This document shows positions 8,726 to 17,585 of a stretch of 64,000 nt of DNA, piece after piece; the stretch's first letter is position 1, and each line of letters starts with the position of its first letter. Below the pieces are notes generated by a model. The model was not told the DNA's origin and did not search any database. It saw nothing but the letters and a program-made list of their open reading frames with translations. Both the position numbers and the translations under genes were made by a program. This DNA comes from a virus, in IMG/VR virus record IMGVR_UViG_3300035696_000001. One strand, 5' to 3'.

Positions 8726-9825
8726 GGCTTGTCTCCCCGCAGAATCCAGCCCACAGCCTCTCTGAGGGATAGTACCGTGGCATCCGGCGTCGTTTCTGGG
8801 GTTTCGTTGCTGGATTCGATGAACACCGTTTTGCAGCCCGCTGCTTTGCCAGCAATGACATCTCGCCAATAGTCGCCGACCATGTAGCTGGAACCAAGGT
8901 CGATATTGAACGCCTCGGCAGCGAGCGCAAGCATGCCCGGCTTCGGCTTCCGGCAGCCGCAACCATCCTCATCGGAATGGTAGCAAACGTAAATGCGGTC
9001 TATGGGGAGTTCGGCAAGTAGCCTCTCGTTCACAGCTTCGACGAGGCTCCTTTTCACGAGACCTCGACCCACGTCGGGTTGATTCGTGACAACGATAAGC
9101 CTGTAGCCTGCTTCCTTGAGGTTGGCGAGGAGGGCCGCTGCTCCGGGAACGATTCTCAACTCCTCGACGGACTTGGGCGGAAACCGGTCCTCGGTCAGGG
9201 TGCCGTCTCGGTCTAAGAATACCGCCCGCTGGGGAAGCATGGACTCCCACTTGGTTTGTGCTTGCTTCAGAAGGGGATGGGAAACGAGGAGATGCCAAAC
9301 CACGGCCTGGAACGCCTCCGAGTGGGGCGTCACGCGGTCCGGGTTCGCCGTGGGGATTACGACGCATGCGTCCGCGACCTTGGCTGTGTACCCGCCGTCC
9401 CGCCCCACGATGCCCACCACGCGGCTCCCGACGCTTCTGGCGTAGTCTATGGCGGACACCAAGTTGGGGCTGACGTTCCTTTCCGCATCGCCTCCGCCCA
9501 CGGATAGAATCAAAAGCGTGTCCGTGGCTTTCAGGCGGCTGCCCCTGAGCCAAGCCGCGAAGACAGTCGCCCACCCTTCGTCGTTGGTTCTGGCTGTCAG
9601 TTCCGCGACGTTGTCGGTGGGGGCGTAGGCTTCGATCCCGGCTATCTTGCGGAAGTCGTTGACAGCGTGGGAAGCGTTGGCGGCGCTGCCCCCCACGCCC
9701 AAAACAAAGAGCCGACCGTTTTTGCGTGTGTCGGCGAGAATCTCAGCGCTGCGCTCTATCGCATCGAGGTCCAGCGCGGCGGCAATCTGCTGCACTTCCT
9801 CAAGGAAGAGTCTCGAAAAACTCAT
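8722..9825 (-). CDS. gmhA-gmhB: Bifunctional sedoheptulose-7-P isomerase (GmhA, SIS) / D,D-heptose-1,7-bisphosphate phosphatase (GmhB, HAD) fusion
   Basis: N-terminal SIS domain LFVLGVGGSAANASH. C-terminal HAD domain with FLDRDGTLTED and VVTNQ. Confidence 0.75.
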   Translation of the reverse strand: MSFSRLFLEEVQQIAAALDLDAIERSAEILADTRKNGRLFVLGVGGSAANASHAVNDFRKIAGIEAYAPTDNVAELTARTNDEGWATVFAAWLRGSRLKATDTLLILSVGGGDAERNVSPNLVSAIDYARSVGSRVVGIVGRDGGYTAKVADACVVIPTANPDRVTPHSEAFQAVVWHLLVSHPLLKQAQTKWESMLPQRAVFLDRDGTLTEDRFPPKSVEELRIVPGAAALLANLKEAGYRLIVVTNQPDVGRGLVKRSLVEAVNERLLAELPIDRIYVCYHSDEDGCGCRKPKPGMLALAAEAFNIDLGSSYMVGDYWRDVIAGKAAGCKTVFIESSNETPETTPDATVLSLREAVGWILRGDKP

Positions 9826-10802
9826 GAATGCACCATGATTGACGTCCCTACGAAGTCGAAACGGATGCGGACTTCGCGCAAACCGGCTCCAGACAATGCT
9901 TTCCGAAGTCGAGCCTTGTCCTCGGCGTAGAGCATCAAGAATCCCCCGCCTCCTGCCCCGACAAGCTTGCCGCCGAGAGCGCCGTTGTCCAACGCTAGCT
10001 GGTAGAGTTTGTCAATATGGGGGTTCGACATGCCCTCGGAACGCGCCCTCTTATGCAACCAGTGCTCGTGCATGAGGGCGGCGAAAGCACGCAGGTCGCC
10101 TCCCACGAGCGCATCCCGGCTCTGGAGACCAAGCTGTTTGGTGTGGTGCATGTTGTCGAGCATGGCGGCGTCGCTTTGCTTCGATTTGATGTCTTGGTCT
10201 GCAAGGATGCTCGACGCCGAGCGTGCATAGCCCGTGAAGAAAAGAAGCAGATTGTCTTCCAGGTTCGCCAGCGCTTCGCTGTTAATCGGCAACGGGCAGA
10301 AGCTCACGCTTCCGTTCCGGTTGAAGTCAAAGCAGGTCACCCCGCCTATCGCCGCGATGTACTGGTCTTGCTTGCCGCAGTGCTGTCCCAAAATGTCGTG
10401 TTCGATGTGGAACGCCTCCTCCGCGAGGTCTTGGCGCGTGATGGTCTGGTTGTGAAAAAAGTGCAGGGCTTGGAGCAAGGCTGTGGTAAAGCTGCCCGAC
10501 GAGCCTAGCCCGGTGCTATGGGGGATGTCGGCTACGTTAGCTATGTCAATAGAGTTCTGGATGCCCGTGAGCCTAAGAGCCTCGCGGATAACCGGGTGTT
10601 CGATCTGATCTACTGTGTCAACTTCCTCTTGCTTTGAGTATTTTAGGATGATCTTGGACTTGAAGGACTCGTTGACCGTGACATACACGTACCTGTTGAT
10701 CGCTGCGGAGAGGACAAAACCGCCGTGGTCTTGGTAGTAGGACGGCAGGTCAGTACCGCCCCCGCCCAAAGTGACCCTCAATGGTGATCGGACAATAATC
10801 AC
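9822..10802 (-). CDS. hddA: GHMP-family sugar kinase, heptose-7-phosphate kinase (HddA)-like
   Basis: MIIVRSPLRVTLGGGGTDLP N-terminus and PHSTGLGSSGSFTTALLQAL GHMP motif. Confidence 0.7.
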   Translation of the reverse strand: MIIVRSPLRVTLGGGGTDLPSYYQDHGGFVLSAAINRYVYVTVNESFKSKIILKYSKQEEVDTVDQIEHPVIREALRLTGIQNSIDIANVADIPHSTGLGSSGSFTTALLQALHFFHNQTITRQDLAEEAFHIEHDILGQHCGKQDQYIAAIGGVTCFDFNRNGSVSFCPLPINSEALANLEDNLLLFFTGYARSASSILADQDIKSKQSDAAMLDNMHHTKQLGLQSRDALVGGDLRAFAALMHEHWLHKRARSEGMSNPHIDKLYQLALDNGALGGKLVGAGGGGFLMLYAEDKARLRKALSGAGLREVRIRFDFVGTSIMVHS

Positions 10803-10848
10803 TCAATTTAAGCCTCAAATTAGGGCTTGAAAGTCTGCAACATAGGAT

Positions 10849-11658
10849 TTAGCCTTCGTAATCGTTGTTTGGCCGCCCGGACGGAATCAGACCTGCGTCT
10901 ATTGCTTTGGATGGGTCAAGCAGGGTGCTTTTTACGTCTTCTTTTCTGGCGGGTTTGTAGACGACCTCGACTCCGCGAAGCTTTCCGAAATGTTCCGCCA
11001 GGTCGCCGAGGCGGGTGGAATGGCCGTGGGCCAAATTGAACGTCCCGGTGTACTCCTCCCCGCTCGCCCGGATAAGCGCTTTACAGATCAGGTCAACGTG
11101 GATGAAGTCTCGAACTTGGTCGCCGCCGAACACCACGATTGGGTTGTCGTTCTTGAAATGGGTGAGCGCCAGCGTCTCGGCTCTTTCTGGAACGTGGCCG
11201 CCGAAGACGTTTCCGAATCTGGCGATGAAGTTGTTGGGGCACAGACGGTTGATGATGCCCTCGGCTATAAATTTGGATTGGGCGTAGGGGTTCAAGCACT
11301 TGTTCCAATGGGCATCCTCTTCCTTGGCGGGCGTCTCTCGCTCCCCGTACACCGCGCCGGAGGAGGAGAAAATGAACTTCTTCACCGTGTTGTTCTGGAA
11401 AAAGGGAATTAGGTTGAGGGCGTTCACTTGCATCATTTTGTCGGCCAGTTCGACGGAGCCGCCGAGGATGGACAGCGCCCCCAAGTGGAACACCACATCG
11501 AATGTGTGGCCCTGGAGGGTGCTGTAGTCTTGTCCTTCTTTGGCGTCGCACACGGAGATTAAGTCGTATGGAAAAGTCCTTGCGACCGCCTTCAGGAGGT
11601 GCGACCCTATGTAACCCGACGTACCTGTCATCAAAATGTGCATTTGAATCTCCTTCAT
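10849..11658 (-). CDS. NAD-dependent epimerase/dehydratase
   Basis: MTGTSGYIGSHL and YAQSKFIAE. Paralog of 2408..3160. Confidence 0.65.
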   Translation of the reverse strand: MKEIQMHILMTGTSGYIGSHLLKAVARTFPYDLISVCDAKEGQDYSTLQGHTFDVVFHLGALSILGGSVELADKMMQVNALNLIPFFQNNTVKKFIFSSSGAVYGERETPAKEEDAHWNKCLNPYAQSKFIAEGIINRLCPNNFIARFGNVFGGHVPERAETLALTHFKNDNPIVVFGGDQVRDFIHVDLICKALIRASGEEYTGTFNLAHGHSTRLGDLAEHFGKLRGVEVVYKPARKEDVKSTLLDPSKAIDAGLIPSGRPNNDYEG

Positions 11659-12431
11659 TTAACCCCGTATTTTTTCTTCAACTGCTCGTACAGGCTGTCT
11701 TCGGGGTAGTTTTTATTGGGGTTTAGCCCTAGATTGCCGTGTTGCCAATACGAGCAGCGAAGATGGATTGCGCGGGACTTTTCCGGGAAAGACCACGACT
11801 GCCCGCCGCTGACGAACCTCACATACTGCTTCCCGTCGAGGCAGCCTATGGCGTCGAAAACAGCCGAATCGCGATAGTAGTCTTGCAGACCCGCCTTTGG
11901 AACCCATTTTCGGAACAGCCCCGGTCCGATGCCCGCGTTTATGTTGCCTATGATTCTAGTGAGGTCGCACCCTTTTTGCGGGTTCCGGCTTTCGATCTCG
12001 TTGACTATGTTCTGGAGAAAAGGCGCTTCGGCTGGGGCTTTGAAAAGACACCCAGTCAAGTAAGCCGGGTCAAGGAGCGACGAGACACCACCGTCCGGGG
12101 ACTCGCAAAGAAGGACATAGGGTTCCGGGAAGTCGAAGGGCTTCAGGCAGACGATGTCCACATCGACATACCAGCCCCCCTTTTTGCAGATTAGATGAGA
12201 CCGGAAATAGTCGGAAAAGTGGTTTGGGCCGGTGAACCACGTATGAGCATCCTCGGGGACTACCTCGCTTGTGGCATGCACCACCGTGCCCTCGGGGATG
12301 CCCCGGCAGTCCGGGTGCGTGGTGTACAAATGGAACTCGTGCCCGTTGCTCAGAAAGGATCGGATCGAGAGCTTTTCGAGGTTCGTCAGTTCGACCCCAC
12401 ACCATACGCCGTTGATGATCTTGTTGTCCAT
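11655..12431 (-). CDS. GT32-like glycosyltransferase (DXD sugar-binding region)
   Basis: WCGVELTNLEKLSIRSFL..GHEFHLY and DVDIVCLKP DxD. ATG at 12431 is preferred over the TTG at 12464. Confidence 0.5.
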   Translation of the reverse strand: MDNKIINGVWCGVELTNLEKLSIRSFLSNGHEFHLYTTHPDCRGIPEGTVVHATSEVVPEDAHTWFTGPNHFSDYFRSHLICKKGGWYVDVDIVCLKPFDFPEPYVLLCESPDGGVSSLLDPAYLTGCLFKAPAEAPFLQNIVNEIESRNPQKGCDLTRIIGNINAGIGPGLFRKWVPKAGLQDYYRDSAVFDAIGCLDGKQYVRFVSGGQSWSFPEKSRAIHLRCSYWQHGNLGLNPNKNYPEDSLYEQLKKKYGVK

Positions 12432-12439
12432 TGAAACGA

Positions 12440-13084
12440 CTATTTTGCGCCTTTCTGCACCCAAGCGGAGTGGTCTGACAGGTTGTTGTAGATTGGTTGT
12501 TTACCTTGTTTGTGGAAAAACTCTAAGGCCGCTTTCTGGCATCCGGGCCAGAGGTAGAAATCGTCAAAATAGATAAAGCCGCCCGGTACGATAGCGTCAT
12601 AAAATTTTTCCAAGCAAACCCTTTCGGATTCGTACCAATCCGAATCAAGGCTTAGCATTGCGATTTGCGGGACTGCAACAGTCGGAAGGGTATCCTTAAA
12701 CCAACCCGCATGGATGTTGACCTTAGCCATATCTGCTCCGACTTTTTGGAGCACCTCCTTGACCGCGTCAACGCTGCCCTTACAACTACCGACGCAGCTT
12801 TCGGCAGTTACGCCGTTGGGCTGCGGAAGGTCTTCTTTGGTGGGTGTAGGTAGGCCCTCAAAAGAGTCAAATAACCAAACCTTTCTGTTAAACTTGGAAT
12901 TAGCTGCGAAGTGGGCTAAGACAGCGCCCAAGCCGCCGTTCCATACACCGCATTCGACCATATCTCCGGGGATGCCTTCTTCCTCTATTCGGCGTGCTAA
13001 AGGTATGTACTGGCGTACTTGGTCGCCGCAAGCCATAGTATAGGGCTGAACTATCTTTTCAAGTTCTTCGTTTGTTAACATCAC
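12440..13084 (-). CDS. TylF/MycF-family sugar O-methyltransferase
   Basis: ECGVWNGG, DSFEGLP and LSLDSDWYE motifs typical of macrocin-O-MTase-like enzymes. Confidence 0.65.
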   Translation of the reverse strand: MMLTNEELEKIVQPYTMACGDQVRQYIPLARRIEEEGIPGDMVECGVWNGGLGAVLAHFAANSKFNRKVWLFDSFEGLPTPTKEDLPQPNGVTAESCVGSCKGSVDAVKEVLQKVGADMAKVNIHAGWFKDTLPTVAVPQIAMLSLDSDWYESERVCLEKFYDAIVPGGFIYFDDFYLWPGCQKAALEFFHKQGKQPIYNNLSDHSAWVQKGAK

Positions 13085-14121
13085 GCGTTTCCCTTTTCAT
13101 CCAGTTTTGTTCTGTCCGCCAACTGCTGTTCCAGCCTGGCGACTTCCTTGCGCAGGATGCCGATTTCTTCTTCTGATTTGTGGAGTCTTTCCTGATGGAG
13201 GGCGTTCTCAGCTTTTAGTTGCTGCTCCACCTCGGCGACTCTCTCACGCAGGCTGCCGTTATCAGCTTTCAATTTTTCGCACTCAGTAACCAGAAATTGC
13301 ATATATTTTTCCTCGCAGTATCGTGCCTGTATCGTGCACTGCCACCTTGACCATTGGTGAAAGATGAAGTACGGTACGATGTCCGTTGCTTCGTTGTCCT
13401 CTATTTCATTATTCATCATCAATCCGTTCGTCAGTTTTCCGTGCGCCTCTACGAACGGGGCAAACACGAACTTATCTTTATATCGGAAGATTTTTGTTCT
13501 GTCCTTGTACTTGTCCTGGCGGATCAGGACGTTCAACCCCTGTTGGTCGCCGAGGCAGTCATCGTGTGTTGGGTGAAACTTTTCCCTTCGCTTGTCCCTC
13601 AAGCACATCGTGTAAATGTCCCGGCACAGGTCGGCGGCAACGTCCGGCAAGCCTGCGATGACCCCAGCGTTGAGGATTTCCTGTCCCATGAGGGACTCGT
13701 GAACTTCGTGGCCAAAGGCGTCGCAAAGCACCTTGTCATTCTCCTCGTACCGTCCGCTGTAGAGGTGCTCTTCGGAGCCAATAGCCAGGCTGTAGCCGCC
13801 GAGGCTGCCCCGTATCCACTCCATTGGGTTGCGCTGGAACACGACATCCTTGGTGTCGATCAGCAAAACGTAGCGAAGAGCAGTAGCTTCCTTGGCTAAG
13901 ATTTCGGAGATGATGCGGAACCGCGCCATGGCGGCTTCCTCCCCTTTGGAATCGACATCGCAGGTCTCGATGTCGTACGCCTCCAGTTTTTTGTCCTTGC
14001 AGTCAGTGATGAGAATACAGCGCCCGTGGTACCCCGACCACCGCAAAGAAACGACAAAAAACTCCAGTTCCTTCCAACCGTAGCCCGCAGCCATGCCGAT
14101 AATGAGATCATTCTCATTCAT
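13081..14121 (-). CDS. Putative glycosyltransferase-like protein with C-terminal coiled coil
   Basis: N-terminal nucleotide-diphospho-sugar-transferase-like region (LLIDTKDVVF). Last ~80 aa are a heptad-rich coiled coil (LKADNGSLRERVAEVEQQLKAEN..). Function uncertain. Confidence 0.35.
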   Translation of the reverse strand: MNENDLIIGMAAGYGWKELEFFVVSLRWSGYHGRCILITDCKDKKLEAYDIETCDVDSKGEEAAMARFRIISEILAKEATALRYVLLIDTKDVVFQRNPMEWIRGSLGGYSLAIGSEEHLYSGRYEENDKVLCDAFGHEVHESLMGQEILNAGVIAGLPDVAADLCRDIYTMCLRDKRREKFHPTHDDCLGDQQGLNVLIRQDKYKDRTKIFRYKDKFVFAPFVEAHGKLTNGLMMNNEIEDNEATDIVPYFIFHQWSRWQCTIQARYCEEKYMQFLVTECEKLKADNGSLRERVAEVEQQLKAENALHQERLHKSEEEIGILRKEVARLEQQLADRTKLDEKGNA

Positions 14122-14831
14122 TGATGCGCCTTGGGGTTGTCCTTCTCGATATGTATGATTTTGGGGACAAAATCAGGCGTATGCCAGATATGGGGCGCTC
14201 TCCAATAGATACGGTTGGGCGGAAACGCATAGGCCGGTGAAAGAGCTATCGCCGGGGGGTTGTGTTCCAAGTAGCAGTTCCAGTGAGACTCATCTTGCCA
14301 TTTCGCCACGATGCCCCTGCCGTCGTCAATGTCGATGTTGCGGGCGAGAATCTTGCATACCGCCAAATACTCGGGGGCCGAGCCGCCTTGGAAGCAGCCT
14401 TGGTAGTAAAAACGGTGGCTTTGGAGAAACGCTGTCGATTCTCGTCTAGTTTCGACATTCGCCCCCTCGCCGCTGGGGATGTAGTTCCGCTCCACACCGG
14501 GGTGAAGCACCGCTGTAATGCCTTTAGCACAGAATTCTTCTTCGAGAATGGGGGCCACGACCCTCATGTCGATGTCGATGTGCATCAGGTAGTCATAACC
14601 GGCAAGCCAGTCCGCTTGGCTGGATATGGCATGGTAGCGCATCATGCCAGCACGCGGCCACCCCAAATGCGGGTACTCCACGACGCGGGCATCATACGGA
14701 GCTTTGCTGTCCGTGAACAGGACTGGGTCGCAGGGCGGGAAGAACTTCCGCAGCGACTCAATGAGGGGCGGAACGAAGCTCAGGAATTCTTGCTTTCCCG
14801 TCGCGATCAGGATTACGGCAATCTTGCTCAT
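14118..14831 (-). CDS. GT6-family glycosyltransferase (ABO blood-group alpha-1,3-Gal/GalNAc-transferase-like)
   Basis: Start at the internal Met MSKIAVIL, in an ATGA overlap. Aligns with the catalytic region of human GTA/GTB: YLMHIDIDM (DxD), RRESTAFLQSHRFYYQGCFQGG, KWQDESHWNCYLE and ALSPAYAFP. Confidence 0.8.
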   Translation of the reverse strand: MSKIAVILIATGKQEFLSFVPPLIESLRKFFPPCDPVLFTDSKAPYDARVVEYPHLGWPRAGMMRYHAISSQADWLAGYDYLMHIDIDMRVVAPILEEEFCAKGITAVLHPGVERNYIPSGEGANVETRRESTAFLQSHRFYYQGCFQGGSAPEYLAVCKILARNIDIDDGRGIVAKWQDESHWNCYLEHNPPAIALSPAYAFPPNRIYWRAPHIWHTPDFVPKIIHIEKDNPKAHQ

Positions 14832-15508
14832 AAATCGTAGCCGCCCCGGTGCAAAAGTAAGACACCGTGAAAAAACCTGTGCTGCCATCCGGGCACATCG
14901 AAAGGATAGCCCTGATCCACGAGATAGTGACTTACTTCGCACGGACAACCCAACTCGTGGCACGGGTACCCCCGGAACGAAGTCACAGAGCAGCGGTCAC
15001 AGTCAGTTGCCAGCCGCTTCACGTCGTCAACGACGACGAAAGAGTCTGGGGCAAATTTTGCGATGGCGGCAAGTTCAAGCGGAACCTGGAACTCGCATGT
15101 CGTATGGGCATTGTCTCCGAAACAATGAGCGTCGAGCCAGAATAGGACACGCTTGCCGCTCGGAGGCGATGCCCATACCAGTGTCGGCAGGAAGTTTGGC
15201 AGCCAAGCGCCGCTGGAGCCGTGAACGCAGTGAACATTGGGCGCATTTTTGAACCTCTCTGTTGCCTTCTGGTACAAATCGTCACTCAGTTCGATAGTCC
15301 AGATTTCATCAAAATGGTTTTGGCAGGCAGCGGGCATGTTTCCCTTGTACGTTCCCGTTTCGACGAGGACGTTCAGGTCAAAGTGCTCGCCCAGCGCGAT
15401 GAGCAAGTCTCTGCGCCAGTTGTCGGTGGGATGCACCATGTCCGTGCCGCCGTAGCTCTTCCAAAACAACAAATCATTCGTAGTTGCAGGATCGCGAAAG
15501 GTGAACAT
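14828..15508 (-). CDS. SAM-dependent O-methyltransferase (CmcI/Methyltransf_24-like)
   Basis: Start at the internal Met MFTFRD. VLVETGTYKGN and FWLDAHC motifs. Confidence 0.45.
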   Translation of the reverse strand: MFTFRDPATTNDLLFWKSYGGTDMVHPTDNWRRDLLIALGEHFDLNVLVETGTYKGNMPAACQNHFDEIWTIELSDDLYQKATERFKNAPNVHCVHGSSGAWLPNFLPTLVWASPPSGKRVLFWLDAHCFGDNAHTTCEFQVPLELAAIAKFAPDSFVVVDDVKRLATDCDRCSVTSFRGYPCHELGCPCEVSHYLVDQGYPFDVPGWQHRFFHGVLLLHRGGYDL

Positions 15509-16122
15509 TAAAGAACCCTCACGCTGACCGCCGCTTCCCCGCTGTCCCCGATTGTGTGCAGGGCAAGGTATTCGTAGGGGCGTCCTTGGATGAATTCCTG
15601 GAACGCCTTGAACTCGTGCTCCCGCCATCCGGGGTAATCCATGTACTCGTCGAACATGATGACCGTCCCCGGCACAATCTTGGGGCCGAAGTTGTCGAAC
15701 ACCGTTTTGGTGGACGAATAAATGTCGCAGTCGATGTGTATAAAAGAGATCGGACCGGGATGCGACCTTGCGAAATCGGGAAGCGTGTCCGCAAACAGGC
15801 CCTTTACGATCTCTACATTTTCTCGAACTTTGGGCACGTCGCATTTGTTGCGCCCCTTTGGGGCGTTGCCCGGCCAATCCTCTGGCAGCCCTTCAAAGGA
15901 GTCGAAGCCGTAAATCTTGGCGGGCGCTACCAAGTCCGCGAGGCAGTTCAAACTACCGCCTGTCGCCACGCCCAACTCCATGATCAGACCCTCTATGGAG
16001 CGGGCGTCAGTGGAATACCTGTAAAAGTAGTGGCGACCGCTGGGGCGGTAAGAAGAATCGTCTGTGGGAAAGAGAAAGCGTGCGACTGTTTTCCCAGAGA
16101 AATAAAGATTCGAGTCGCGCAT
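15508..16122 (-). CDS. TylF-family sugar O-methyltransferase
   Basis: ELGVATGGS, FDSFEGLPE and IHIDCDIYSST. Confidence 0.6.
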   Translation of the reverse strand: MRDSNLYFSGKTVARFLFPTDDSSYRPSGRHYFYRYSTDARSIEGLIMELGVATGGSLNCLADLVAPAKIYGFDSFEGLPEDWPGNAPKGRNKCDVPKVRENVEIVKGLFADTLPDFARSHPGPISFIHIDCDIYSSTKTVFDNFGPKIVPGTVIMFDEYMDYPGWREHEFKAFQEFIQGRPYEYLALHTIGDSGEAAVSVRVL

Positions 16123-16123
16123 T

Positions 16124-16960
16124 TTATAGTTTTATAGCCGGGACTGTACCCGGCTCCCCCATTTTCACCCACCGCTCGGGAACAACGTCGTCGTAGCGGA
16201 CGGGCGCGTTGCCGAACCATTTCTTGGGTGCGATCACGATTCGGTCGGCCTGTGTGTCACCGAGCCAAGCGCCCCACCAGCCAAACGAGCTATTAGGAAA
16301 GATGGCGTGGCGGCACAGGCTCATCAACCACAAGTCCTCGTGCTCGTGCCCCGGACTGTCGCCGAAGCCCATCTTGTTGTGGTCTACGATTGTGCAGTCG
16401 GCAAACCTCTCCCGGCACCCGTCTGGGTCGTCCGAAAAGACGAAGAATTTCGCATCGGCAATACGTTCGCGTACGTATTGCATCGCCTCTGCATAATAGT
16501 CCCACGTCATGTTGCCGTGGAACGCCGCCTGCCCCGCGCCGAGGTAGTCGGTTCGCCGCACATGGATGAACGCGCTCTGCGGCGCTGCCGCGATTGCGTC
16601 AGCAACCCGCTTGGTCTGCTCGCCGACCGGGTTTCTGAGCGTAAAATCCCTTCGGATCAGGTCGGGTTCTGGCTCAAAGTATTTTTCCGTCTGCCAGCAG
16701 CCCCGGAAATTTGTCCCGTTCGGTACTTTGTAAACTTGCGGATCGAAAATCAGGTGCGATTCGTCGAAAAAAGGCCCTCCGCCTCCCCCGAACCGTACGT
16801 CGCGGACATTGAAGACGTCAAGCCCGTAGGCGCGGTGGCATCCGGGCCCCAAACCTACCTTGTAGAACAAAACATCCTCCCTTCGCACCCGCGAAACGCA
16901 GCGACCGAAAGCGTACTGGAACATCTGGTTGCCCAGGCCTCCATTGAGCCTAACCAACAT
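16124..16960 (-). CDS. GT11 alpha-1,2-fucosyltransferase (FutC/WbsJ/FUT2-like)
   Basis: Canonical motif I GGLGNQMFQYAF. HVRRTDY, FVFSDD and SSFGWWGAWL motifs match H. pylori FutC and E. coli WbnK. Confidence 0.85.
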   Translation of the reverse strand: MLVRLNGGLGNQMFQYAFGRCVSRVRREDVLFYKVGLGPGCHRAYGLDVFNVRDVRFGGGGGPFFDESHLIFDPQVYKVPNGTNFRGCWQTEKYFEPEPDLIRRDFTLRNPVGEQTKRVADAIAAAPQSAFIHVRRTDYLGAGQAAFHGNMTWDYYAEAMQYVRERIADAKFFVFSDDPDGCRERFADCTIVDHNKMGFGDSPGHEHEDLWLMSLCRHAIFPNSSFGWWGAWLGDTQADRIVIAPKKWFGNAPVRYDDVVPERWVKMGEPGTVPAIKL

Positions 16961-17585
16961 TACCCATCTCCCTGTGCTTCTTGTACATCCACGACACGTT
17001 GAAAGTTCGTCCTACAGTAGCGGAACAAAAGTGCGATGTTATCTCGTCGTTGTCACCGTACCGGATGTCGTCTTTCGCGGTGAGCCGACCTTCTGCGACC
17101 GCCGCCCCCACTATTTGGCCGATCCATTTGTCCTCGGCCCACGTATCAGGTTCCAGGCGCACGACCACCTCCATGGCACGCCGCGACATCCAATAGCCTG
17201 CCCCGCCCGATGCCCACGCATACCCGCCCTCCCTGACCCCCGGCACGCCTATCGGCCCGTTGAACCTGCCGATTTGGTCATATCCCTGCGGGTCGTAGGC
17301 AGCTAGCTTGGACATTACTGCGTAGGTGTCCGTGTCCGCTAAAAAAGCGTGGTCGTAGTCGTGCGCCAGTACCCACCCGAATATGGCGCGGGTCTTGTGC
17401 GGCAAGTCCAGATAGGCGTCGCCGCAATCCAACGGCTCCTCGTCCGGCGCAAGTTCGCCCCCGCCCCGCCCAACAAAAAACCTGTAATCAACTGGGCAGT
17501 TCTTCAGCCACGTGTCACGTACGGCTTGGTTGAATCCGTTGCGGCAATCGCGATAGCAGCTTTTTACGGCAATCAGTCTTTTCAC
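16950..17585 (-). CDS. Fringe-like (GT31-type) glycosyltransferase, paralog 1
   Basis: LIAVKSCYRD..VRDTW and DTDTYA DxD. ATGA overlap with the upstream paralog. Confidence 0.55.
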   Translation of the reverse strand: MKRLIAVKSCYRDCRNGFNQAVRDTWLKNCPVDYRFFVGRGGGELAPDEEPLDCGDAYLDLPHKTRAIFGWVLAHDYDHAFLADTDTYAVMSKLAAYDPQGYDQIGRFNGPIGVPGVREGGYAWASGGAGYWMSRRAMEVVVRLEPDTWAEDKWIGQIVGAAVAEGRLTAKDDIRYGDNDEITSHFCSATVGRTFNVSWMYKKHREMGNVG

